Shown piece by piece: positions 48,410 to 56,232 of a stretch of 64,000 bases of DNA. This stretch comes from an uncultured Anaerolineales bacterium. GTDB taxonomy: Bacteria; Chloroflexota; Anaerolineae; Anaerolineales; JABWBV01. A program made the position numbers and the translations under genes. The stretch covers positions 68,934 through 132,933 of the forward strand of contig CAZAYY010000010.1 of assembly GCA_964489525.1 (NCBI GenBank). The letters run 5' to 3'. The first letter of the stretch is position 1, and each line of letters starts with the position of its first letter. The notes under the pieces are model-generated. The model made no database searches, was not told where the DNA came from, and saw only the letters and a program-made list of their open reading frames with translations.

Positions 48410-50644
48410 TTACGGGCGAGTCAGGGTAGTCACGTCGCCGCCCATGGCTTCGATGGAGTCATACAAAACCTGAGCAACGTACTTGGCGTTGTGGGTGAAA
48501 GCGCCCGGGTCCTTCTGGTAGTACTGGTAGTTGTATGCAGCCTTGAGCAGGTCGGGGGTAAAGGCATTGAAGCTGATTGCCCGGCCGCTATCGTTCAGAT
48601 CGGCAACGCCATCGCCATCCACATCCAGGAAGAAATACGGATAGGCGTGAGAATCATACAGAATGCCGGTGCCTTTCTCGGTGGCGTAGGCCCGCATGGC
48701 GTCGTACAGTAGGGCAGACAGGCTGTCCAGTTCGGCTTTGATGCCTTCGGCTACATCGCCATCACCGTCATAGTCGTTTTCATCGGCGCCGCGATAGGAG
48801 TAGATATCCTGCGGGTTGGTTTCGGTACGGTGACAATCGGCGCACTCATCCACCTCAATTTCGAGGGCATGGACATTGTGGCATTCGGCGCATTTCACCA
48901 CCGGGTGGGGGGATTGACCGACATATTCTTTGCCAGCGAACTGGTAGGCACCCTGGACATCACCACCGAAAATGGTCGCGCCAGCTGCGAAGTAGTGGAT
49001 GTTGGAGAAGCGAATCGAGGCATCAATCGTGCCGGGGTCTTTGCTTCCCAAAGCCTGGTTCACGGTCACAGTCGAGGAACGACCCTGGTGGCAGAGCAAG
49101 CAGGTGTTGGAGCTGTCGGCAACGTTCTTGCCATCGGCATCCTGGGCAAAACTGACGACCTTGCCAGAGGGGAAGGTGACCGAATTAACCGTGTAGAGGG
49201 AGGGCCATTCTTCGCTGTTATGGCAGGTGGTGCACATAAAGCCGTTGCTGAGCGGGGCAGCAACATTGACGCCCTCTTTAATGAACTGAGGCAGGCCAGT
49301 GGCACTGTGGCACTTGGCGCAACGCCCTGGAACCTCACCATCGGCATCCCAATCGCGGAAAGGCATGGTGCTGCCAGCAAAGTGGCCGGGGTCAATGCGG
49401 TGCATGGCGCTCATATCAATCGGCGCAGCCACAGCGCTGTTCAGGTCTTCCATGGAGTCATACATCAATTGAACCAGGTACTTGGCATTGTGGGCAAAGG
49501 CACCGGGATCTTTGACACTGAGCTGGTAGTTGTAGGCAGCCCGCAGCAAGCGCGGTGTCCAGGCAGGGTAACCTACTTTGCGGCCTTCGGCGTTGGTATC
49601 AGCAGCGCCGTCGCCATCGGCATCCTGAAAGAAGTACGGGTAAGAGGAAGAATCATAGACAATACCAGTGCCAGCAACTTCGGAGGCATAGGCACGGATC
49701 AGGACGTAGAGTGCCTCTTGCATGGTTTCGAGTTCAGCAGCGATGCCTTCGGCCACATCGCCATCGCCATCATAGTCGGCCAGGGAGCCAAACATGCGGA
49801 TGGCTTTCAAATCTTCCACGCTGGTAACGCCTTCGTGACAATGGGCGCAGCTTTCAACCTCCACTTCCAGGGTGTGGGGGTTGTGGCAGCTAATGCAGGT
49901 ATCGAAACCTTCCACATGGCGGAACTGAATATCATACATCTTGCCATCATATTCGTAGCCACCCTTGGCCTGGGTGCCATACAGGGTTGCGCCAGCGGGG
50001 TAGTAGTGGATGTTGATAAAGCCCAGGCTGGAGGTGCTGCCATCGGCATTGGTGATTGCGGCGGGCACGGCATCAGGAGCTTCCACGCCGCCAAAGCGCT
50101 CAATGGCAGCGTTCACACTCACGGTAGACGCGCGACCCTGGTGACATTCCATACAGCGGGAAGCATCGCCAAGACCGGTCAATTCAATGCCGGAGGGGAA
50201 GACCACGCTGTCTTTCACAGCGGTGACGGAGTTGTGGCAGGCCACGCAGGTAACGCCCATGGCGGCGGGAGCGTGGGCAGCATCCACTTTTCCGGCCTCA
50301 GAGCCATCCAGGCCGAGGAAATCCAGGTATCCATCAGCAGTGTGGCACTTGGCGCAGGATGTCGGCACTTCGCCGCTGCCATCCCAGTAGCGGAAGGCAG
50401 GTGCAGCCGCATCCGCGTGCCCGGAGGTCATCCAGGCTTCAAAGAAGGGCATATCGGGGCCAGGTTCGGGGGTAATGATCACCTCAACGATTTTTTCTTT
50501 CTCCACCACCTGGGTTTGAACGACGACGCGCGTCACTTCAACCTCGACGGTTTCGATCACTGGTTCGGCCTGGCAGCCCGCAACCAGCAGGGCAAAGCCC
50601 GCTAACGCAAGAAATATGAACATAAATTTTTTGATTTGCTTCAC
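48410..50644 (-). CDS. decahaem c-type cytochrome lipoprotein with internal two-fold duplication
   Basis: GTG start at 50644 with AGGAGG 6 nt upstream. Lipobox FALLVAGC. Ten CxxCH motifs: CAKCH, CVACH, CMECH, CISCH, CAHCH, CAKCH, CTTCH, CLLCH, CAECH, CADCH. Four DxDGDG motifs. Confidence 0.9.
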   Translation of the reverse strand: MKQIKKFMFIFLALAGFALLVAGCQAEPVIETVEVEVTRVVVQTQVVEKEKIVEVIITPEPGPDMPFFEAWMTSGHADAAAPAFRYWDGSGEVPTSCAKCHTADGYLDFLGLDGSEAGKVDAAHAPAAMGVTCVACHNSVTAVKDSVVFPSGIELTGLGDASRCMECHQGRASTVSVNAAIERFGGVEAPDAVPAAITNADGSTSSLGFINIHYYPAGATLYGTQAKGGYEYDGKMYDIQFRHVEGFDTCISCHNPHTLEVEVESCAHCHEGVTSVEDLKAIRMFGSLADYDGDGDVAEGIAAELETMQEALYVLIRAYASEVAGTGIVYDSSSYPYFFQDADGDGAADTNAEGRKVGYPAWTPRLLRAAYNYQLSVKDPGAFAHNAKYLVQLMYDSMEDLNSAVAAPIDMSAMHRIDPGHFAGSTMPFRDWDADGEVPGRCAKCHSATGLPQFIKEGVNVAAPLSNGFMCTTCHNSEEWPSLYTVNSVTFPSGKVVSFAQDADGKNVADSSNTCLLCHQGRSSTVTVNQALGSKDPGTIDASIRFSNIHYFAAGATIFGGDVQGAYQFAGKEYVGQSPHPVVKCAECHNVHALEIEVDECADCHRTETNPQDIYSYRGADENDYDGDGDVAEGIKAELDSLSALLYDAMRAYATEKGTGILYDSHAYPYFFLDVDGDGVADLNDSGRAISFNAFTPDLLKAAYNYQYYQKDPGAFTHNAKYVAQVLYDSIEAMGGDVTTLTRP

Positions 50645-50780
50645 AATCCACCTCCTAAAATGGATAAAGTGTGCAAGGCCTGGTAAGCGTTTTTTGAAAA
50701 ATAACCGGATGGGGTATGTTGGTTTCGGCACGCCTGCCAGGCCGTTTCCGGTTATTCTGTTTTTTGGCTGGTGGACAAAC

Positions 50781-51122
50781 TTATGCTTTCAAAATGTCAA
50801 CCAGGTCTTCAATTTTTCCTACGGGGAGGTTCTCGCTGGACACAACCTGGATTGTGTCTTGCTGCGAGTTCAGCCGCAGGATTTTCAAAGCCGGGTTTGA
50901 AAACATCAGTTCGCTCAGCGAACACAACTGCAAGGCTTCTGGGTCATGGGCATCCGTGATTACGGCGCTGGGGGCGCACTGATGGATACGGGCTGCAGCA
51001 TCAGCATCAAACGGATTCACCAGGCAAACCTCAATTTGCTGAGGAAATTGCTGCAAGCGCCGGGCAATTCCTTCGGCAAACAACGAGTGATTGGATAAGA
51101 TGACAACCGTTTTTACTGACAT
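50781..51122 (-). CDS. small protein with degenerate receiver-like (pseudo-receiver) pattern
   Basis: Start at ATG 51122 (MSVKTVVILSNHSLFAEGIARRL...). Alternating beta/alpha pattern like CheY, but the acidic pocket DD is replaced by SN. The assignment is weak. Confidence 0.45.
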   Translation of the reverse strand: MSVKTVVILSNHSLFAEGIARRLQQFPQQIEVCLVNPFDADAAARIHQCAPSAVITDAHDPEALQLCSLSELMFSNPALKILRLNSQQDTIQVVSSENLPVGKIEDLVDILKA

Positions 51123-51357
51123 ACAATACACCAAAACAAAAGCCACACACAGCTTTCAACAGGATTATATTAATAGAATATGAGCCGTTTGGGTATCCTC
51201 CCTTCGCGCCAAAACGGGTGTCATTAAAGATAGGTGAAAAAAAGCACAACTAACCAATAGTATTAATTGTAAATTCATCGAAAGATTGTAAAAACTTAGC
51301 CTTAAGGGTTAAATCAGGGGGGTTTTGGAGGGATTTTGGCCGGTTTTTCAAAACAGG

Positions 51358-51392
51358 ATAAATGTCCCCTGAAAACCGGGGCAAATGCCCTG
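51358..51392 (+). promoter_or_regulatory. 35-bp inverted-repeat motif copy A (AAATGTCCCC-N8-GGGGCAAATG), 34 nt upstream of the kinase gene
   Basis: 26/35 ungapped identity with 63495-63529. Shares the TGTCC(C)...(G)GGACA inverted repeat and a TGAAAA loop. Confidence 0.5.
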
Positions 51393-51426
51393 TTAGAAAT
51401 GCGGGTTTTATCTTAAAATCATATTA

Positions 51427-52941
51427 ATGTACGGGCTTAATCTGACCATTGTCTACTTTTTTTACGGCCTGGCTTTTTTTACCATGGGCGTGATTGTGCT
51501 GCTGGAGCGCGACCGTGGCTCAGACCAACGCCTGCGGCATGCTTTAGGCCCCCTGGCCGTTTTTGGGTTAGTGCATGGCGCCAATGAGTGGTTGGAGATG
51601 TTCATGAACATTGGAACCCTGCCCACGCTCGGTTCGTGGGGGTTAATCTTGAATGGGGTTCGCCTGGGCACACTGGCATTTTCGTTTATATCTTTAACCG
51701 CCTTTGGCGCATCTTTGCTTTCACCCAACGAAACCGTGCGGCGGTACAGCCTGCTGCTGCCTGTGCTGCAAACTGCGATCTGGGGGTTTGGTGTTCTCAT
51801 CTTAAAGGACCACTATACCGCCCCGCAGCGGATTTGGGATGTGGCCGATGTGTGGAGCCGCTACACCCTGGGCGTTCCCTCGGCGGTAATTGCAGCCATA
51901 GGTTTGGTTGCCCAACAGCGCGCCTTCCGCAAAGCAGGCATGGCTCAGTTTGGGCGCGACAGCCTGTATGCCGCCCTGGCTTTTGCCTGGTATGGCTTGG
52001 TGGGGCAAATATTCGTCCACCCCAGTGCGCTGCCCCCTTCAACCCACATCAACCAGGACCTGTTTTTCTTTTATTTTGGCTTTCCTGTGCAAATTTTCCG
52101 GGCGATAACGGCAGCAATTGCCGCAGCATTTGTGGTTCGCTTTTTACGTGCTTTTGAAGTGGAACGGCAGCGCCAATTAAATGAACTGCAAGAGGCCAGG
52201 GTGGAAGAAGCCAGGCGGCGCGAAATTTTGCGCGGCCAGCTACTGCGCAGGGTAGTGATGGCGCAGGAGGCCGAACGGCAGCGAGTGGCGCGGGAACTGC
52301 ACGACGAAACCGGCCAGGCGCTGACCGCAATCGGCCTGGGGCTGCGCGGCGTAACCAACTCCATGTCCTCCAACCCCGAACAGGCCGCTCAAAAAATGCG
52401 CCAGATTGAATTGATGGCCTCTCGCTCGCTGGATGAACTGCGCCACCTGATTGCCGACCTGCGCCCCTCGCACCTGGACGAATTGGGCCTGCGCGCCACC
52501 CTGCGTTGGTATTTTGGCGAGGTGCAGGCTCGCACAAAACTCCAGGTCCACCTGGAAGTTTTAGGAGATGAAGTTAACCTGCTGCCCGAAGTGCGGATCG
52601 CACTCTATCGCATCATCCAGGAATCCATCACCAACACCATCAAACATGCCCAGGCCAGCGAAATTAACGTCAAACTTGCCTATTTGCCCGCTGCTGTTCA
52701 AGCGACCATTGAAGACAACGGCCAGGGGTTCGACATGCGCAAACTGCAGCAGCCAGGCATTTATTCCTGGGGGCTGTTAGGGATGCAGGAGCGTACCTCA
52801 CTGCTTGGCGGCCAGTTTAACCTGGTTTCCTGGCCAGGCGAAGGAACCCGCATCAGTGTTACACTGCCTTACCAACCGCAGGCATTGGTAGAAAACCTGC
52901 TAGGAGATGAAGACCATGAGCACCAGAATTCTGTTGGTTGA
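51427..52941 (+). CDS. sensor histidine kinase (HisKA_3/NarL-partner type) with polytopic membrane sensor domain
   Basis: About 7 TM helices in the first 240 aa. RVARELHDETGQALTAI (H-box) and HATPase_c (EDNGQGF, GLLGMQER). Confidence 0.88.
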   Translation: MYGLNLTIVYFFYGLAFFTMGVIVLLERDRGSDQRLRHALGPLAVFGLVHGANEWLEMFMNIGTLPTLGSWGLILNGVRLGTLAFSFISLTAFGASLLSPNETVRRYSLLLPVLQTAIWGFGVLILKDHYTAPQRIWDVADVWSRYTLGVPSAVIAAIGLVAQQRAFRKAGMAQFGRDSLYAALAFAWYGLVGQIFVHPSALPPSTHINQDLFFFYFGFPVQIFRAITAAIAAAFVVRFLRAFEVERQRQLNELQEARVEEARRREILRGQLLRRVVMAQEAERQRVARELHDETGQALTAIGLGLRGVTNSMSSNPEQAAQKMRQIELMASRSLDELRHLIADLRPSHLDELGLRATLRWYFGEVQARTKLQVHLEVLGDEVNLLPEVRIALYRIIQESITNTIKHAQASEINVKLAYLPAAVQATIEDNGQGFDMRKLQQPGIYSWGLLGMQERTSLLGGQFNLVSWPGEGTRISVTLPYQPQALVENLLGDEDHEHQNSVG

Positions 52942-53566
52942 TGACCACGCCGTAATCCGCATGGGACTGCGCATGCTGCTGGAGGGGGAAGAAGACATTG
53001 AAATTGTGGGTGAAGCCGACTCCGCAAGGGAAGCGCTGCAATTTGTAAGCAAAACCCAACCCGATGTAATTTTGATGGATGTGAATCTGCCCGATAAATC
53101 TGGCATTGATGTCACCAGGGCGATCAAAGCCCAATGGCCGAAAATTGCCATTGTGGCCCTGACCATTCACGAAGACCAGGAATACTTTTTTAAAATGCTC
53201 CAGGCAGGCGCCAGCGGTTATGTCCCCAAACGGGCTGCGCCGGAAGAACTGCTCACGGCCATTCGCGCCGCTGCCCAGGGGGAGGTCTATTTATACCCAT
53301 CTATGGCCAAGCTGCTGGTGCAAGATTACCTCTCCCCAGATCAACAAGAAAGCAACAAAACCGCCCTGGACGGGCTGACCGACCGGGAGCAGGATGTTCT
53401 GGCACGCCTGGCCGATGGCGAGAGCGTGGGCGAAATTGCCGATGCTCTGTCCATCAGCCCGAAAACGGTTGCCCGCCACCGTGAAAACATCATGCGCAAA
53501 TTGAATTTGCACTCTCGAGGCGAATTGGTGCGCTATGCCATCCGCAAAGGGATTGTTGAGGCGTAA
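52916..53566 (+). CDS. NarL/LuxR-family response regulator
   Basis: ATG 52916 is preferred because AGGAG lies 9 nt upstream (the track start is 52907). RILLVDDHAVIR, DVILMDVNLPD, and the LuxR HTH LTDREQDVLARLADGESVGEIADALSISPKTVARH. Confidence 0.92.
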   Translation: MSTRILLVDDHAVIRMGLRMLLEGEEDIEIVGEADSAREALQFVSKTQPDVILMDVNLPDKSGIDVTRAIKAQWPKIAIVALTIHEDQEYFFKMLQAGASGYVPKRAAPEELLTAIRAAAQGEVYLYPSMAKLLVQDYLSPDQQESNKTALDGLTDREQDVLARLADGESVGEIADALSISPKTVARHRENIMRKLNLHSRGELVRYAIRKGIVEA

Positions 53567-53635
53567 GCGGCAGCAGGTGTGTAGTTTGTCGTGGGGGAAT
53601 TTGAGGGAAACCACAAAGGCCATGATTAAAAACAA

Positions 53636-53668
53636 ATCCTAAAGGTTTTCGAAACCTTTAGGATTTTT
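53636..53668 (+). terminator. intrinsic terminator after the response regulator gene
   Basis: ATCCTAAAGGT / ACCTTTAGGAT stem, 7-nt loop, TTTTT. Confidence 0.65.
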
Positions 53669-53705
53669 CTTAGGGTTTTCCCCGGCATGGGGTAAACAAC
53701 CCATT

Positions 53706-53745
53706 TGTGAATATGTTCACAAACCCACTTGTGACTACTTTCACA
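53706..53745. promoter_or_regulatory. two tandem perfect CRP/FNR-family-type sites TGTGA-N6-TCACA
   Basis: Site 1 at 53706-53721 (TGTGAATATGTTCACA) and site 2 at 53730-53745 (TGTGACTACTTTCACA), 24 bp centre to centre. Each sits in a 24-bp direct repeat unit CCCA(T/C)TTGTGA...TTCACAA(A/G). Confidence 0.5.
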
Positions 53746-53966
53746 AGCCCATTTTGGCTTGCCAACCATGGGTAACAAACCCCTTTTTAATGTCCCACTA
53801 ATGGGACTTTTTTGATTAAAAAGATTGGGTAAACACCGAATTTACCAAACCCTCCTTCCCTCGTACACTCAAGCTAGAACATTCGAAGAACGGCTGTGAA
53901 GGCAAAAGCCAATTCACCGTTATTTGAAAGCAAAAGTGCATGGACTGATCCATGCGGAGGTGTGAA

Positions 53967-54083
53967 ATGTCTGAAATCTTAATCCCAATTGTGCTGCTGT
54001 TCTTCTTCATCCTGCGGATTGTCATCCCCGCTGGATTGTTGCTGGCAATTGGTACCTGGCTGCAGAAGCGCTTTGCTTACTAA
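53967..54083 (+). CDS. 38-aa hydrophobic peptide (single TM helix)
   Basis: Below the ORF-track size cut-off. GGAGG 7 nt upstream of the ATG. MSEILIPIVLLFFFILRIVIPAGLLLAIGTWLQKRFAY. First gene of the plus-strand cytochrome operon. Confidence 0.45.
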   Translation: MSEILIPIVLLFFFILRIVIPAGLLLAIGTWLQKRFAY

Positions 54084-54110
54084 AGCCAAACCAAACAAAA
54101 GGAGGCCGGT

Positions 54111-54467
54111 ATGAACGAGTTGTTTGAAATTATCTCTCTGCTGATGGGATTTATGCTGCGGTTAGGGCTGCCCATTGTGGTGACGGTTCTGGGCATCATG
54201 CTGTTGCAACGGCTGGATTCCCGCTGGCAGCTCGAAGCAGAAAAGAACACCACCCTGGCAAACCTCAAACCGGGCGACTACCTGAACAAAGTTCACTGCT
54301 GGGATATTCGCGAGTGCTCCCCTGAAACCCGCTCGCAGTGTTCTGCCTATCAACAACCCGATGTTCCCTGCTGGGAAAGCCACCGAGTCGGTGGGAAATT
54401 ACAAGAATCTTGCCGCAGCTGCGCAATTCGCAAACGCGTGGTTGCCATTTCAACTGTCAATCTATAA
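54111..54467 (+). CDS. membrane-anchored Cys-rich protein (six Cys, two C-W motifs; two-CW-like domain)
   Basis: AGGAGG RBS. N-terminal TM helix, then VHCWDIRECSPETRSQCSAYQQPDVPCWESHRVGGKLQESCRSC. Confidence 0.65.
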   Translation: MNELFEIISLLMGFMLRLGLPIVVTVLGIMLLQRLDSRWQLEAEKNTTLANLKPGDYLNKVHCWDIRECSPETRSQCSAYQQPDVPCWESHRVGGKLQESCRSCAIRKRVVAISTVNL

Positions 54468-54482
54468 CACAGGAGGCATTCC

Positions 54483-55385
54483 ATGATTGCTCGTTTTATT
54501 CGCATGATTTTCGTTGGGCTTTGTTTTGCCCTGCCCTTTGGCCTGGTGACTGCGGTTGCCCAGGCTCAAACCCTTCAACCCCCCGCAGATGGCGAATGCC
54601 AGGACTGCCATGAAATCACCCAGGTCAAGTGGGCCAACAGCGCACACGGACAGGCCCTCAGCAGCCCCACCTTCCAGGCCACCTGGCAGGAAAAAGGCTC
54701 CCCGGCCGAATGTCTGGCCTGCCACACCACAGGCTTTGACCCGGAAACCGGCACCTACGCTTACGAAGGCGTTTCTTGCTCCACCTGCCACTCCTCCGAC
54801 ACGGGCAACCACCCCGATGAAATTATGCCCACGGATGTATCCTCCAGAATGTGCGGTGAATGCCACCTGGACACTTACGCCGAATGGGAAACCAGCACTC
54901 ACGGGGCAGAAAACCAAACCTGTGCCACCTGCCACGATGTTCACTCCACATCCATCAAAGCAGCCGAAGCACAGGAATTATGCCAATCGTGCCACCTCGA
55001 TGAAGTGCACTACTACCAATACACCTCGCACAGCGAAGAGGGACTGCTCTGCACCGACTGCCATGTCAATGTCTCTGGTTCAATCATGGGCGAAGGACAC
55101 GCACAGCGTAAGCACACCTTTACCGTTGACCTGAACACCTGCAACGAATGCCACAGCCAGGGGCTGCACTACCCAAGCGGGCAGTTGATGGCGGAAGCGG
55201 GCATTGGCCAGGCACCCCAACAATCTGGGCTGGCCATGCCCATTGACGGGCACACCGTGGTTGCAGAAACCACTCCGTCCAGCCCCTTCAGCTTTGCCAT
55301 CCTGGCGGCGCTGGTAGGGATGGCCGTTGGCATGGTGATCTCTCCACTGTTGGAACGCTGGTATCGCCGCAACACATCCCTCTAA
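54483..55385 (+). CDS. octahaem c-type cytochrome with signal peptide and C-terminal TM anchor
   Basis: Eight CxxCH motifs: CQDCH, CLACH, CSTCH, CGECH, CATCH, CQSCH, CTDCH, CNECH. C-terminal FSFAILAALVGMAVGMVISPLL. Confidence 0.9.
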   Translation: MIARFIRMIFVGLCFALPFGLVTAVAQAQTLQPPADGECQDCHEITQVKWANSAHGQALSSPTFQATWQEKGSPAECLACHTTGFDPETGTYAYEGVSCSTCHSSDTGNHPDEIMPTDVSSRMCGECHLDTYAEWETSTHGAENQTCATCHDVHSTSIKAAEAQELCQSCHLDEVHYYQYTSHSEEGLLCTDCHVNVSGSIMGEGHAQRKHTFTVDLNTCNECHSQGLHYPSGQLMAEAGIGQAPQQSGLAMPIDGHTVVAETTPSSPFSFAILAALVGMAVGMVISPLLERWYRRNTSL

Positions 55386-55421
55386 CCCAACCCGACAAGA
55401 AAATTCCTGGAGGTAAATCTC

Positions 55422-56222
55422 ATGGAAGAGACCAAAACCCAAAGCACCAAGCCCCGCTTGCGCATCAACCGGCGTGAATTCGTCAAAATCGCCGCACTGG
55501 GCACAGCCGCCGCTCTGGCACCAGCCCTGGCAAAAAACACCCTTGCTTCGCCTTCTTATGCACACGCCCCACACGGCAGCCCCTACCGCTGGGCTATGGT
55601 CATTGACCAGGGCAAATGCGTGGGATGCAACTACTGCGTGAAAGCCTGCAACGCCAACAACGACACCAACCCCGACATTAAGTGGATCAAGATGTACGAA
55701 ACTCAGGAACTGCGCGGCGGAAAAACCTACCTGCCGGTGGCCTGCCAACACTGCGCCAACCCGCCTTGCGTGGGGGCCTGCCCGGTTCAAGCCACGTACC
55801 AACGAGCCGACGGAATTGTGATGATGGATTACGACCGCTGCATCGGCTGCCGCTACTGTGAAGTAGCCTGCCCATACGGCGCACGCTCGTTCAACTGGGA
55901 AAGCTTCAAAGACGAAAACCCTTACGTACCCGCCTACGGCACACCAAATGTACCTCGCCGAGAACGCGGCGTTATTGAAAAATGCACCTTCTGCTACTCC
56001 AAAATTGACCGGGGCCTCGAACGCGGCCTGGTTCCTGGCGTGGACGCAGCAGCGACCCCGGCCTGTGTGCTGGCTTGCCCGCATGGCGCCCGCTTGTTTG
56101 GCGACTTGAACGACCCCGATTCCCCCGTCAGCAAAGCACTTGCCGAAAACCACTATTTCCGCCTGCAGTCGGATTCTGGCCTTGAACCCAGGGTTTATTT
56201 CTTGCCTGCTCGCAAATCATAG
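55422..56222 (+). CDS. Tat-exported 4x[4Fe-4S] ferredoxin subunit (NrfC/PsrB/DmsB-like)
   Basis: Twin-arginine signal RINRREFVKIAALGTAAALA. Cys clusters CVGCNYCVKAC, CQHCANPPCVGACP, CIGCRYCEVACP, CTFC...CVLACP. Confidence 0.9.
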   Translation: MEETKTQSTKPRLRINRREFVKIAALGTAAALAPALAKNTLASPSYAHAPHGSPYRWAMVIDQGKCVGCNYCVKACNANNDTNPDIKWIKMYETQELRGGKTYLPVACQHCANPPCVGACPVQATYQRADGIVMMDYDRCIGCRYCEVACPYGARSFNWESFKDENPYVPAYGTPNVPRRERGVIEKCTFCYSKIDRGLERGLVPGVDAAATPACVLACPHGARLFGDLNDPDSPVSKALAENHYFRLQSDSGLEPRVYFLPARKS

Positions 56223-56232
56223 GAGATTGAAG

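Noticed and set aside
48830-50605. 591-aa plus-strand ORF. Similar long shadow ORFs occur at 59316..60947, 55080..56153, 27668..29107, 23245..24228, 7788..8762, 31990..32991, 16934..17683 and 25365..26282.
   Set aside because: Each lies antisense to a gene with strong family signatures (multihaem CxxCH series, Fe-S clusters, PBP, polA and others). They contain no recognisable motifs and have low-complexity G/A/V/R composition.
53816-54268. Minus-strand ORFs 53816..54025 and 54080..54268
   Set aside because: They overlap plus-strand ORFs that have strong GGAGG ribosome-binding sites and TM or Cys-motif logic. The minus-strand ORFs have neither.
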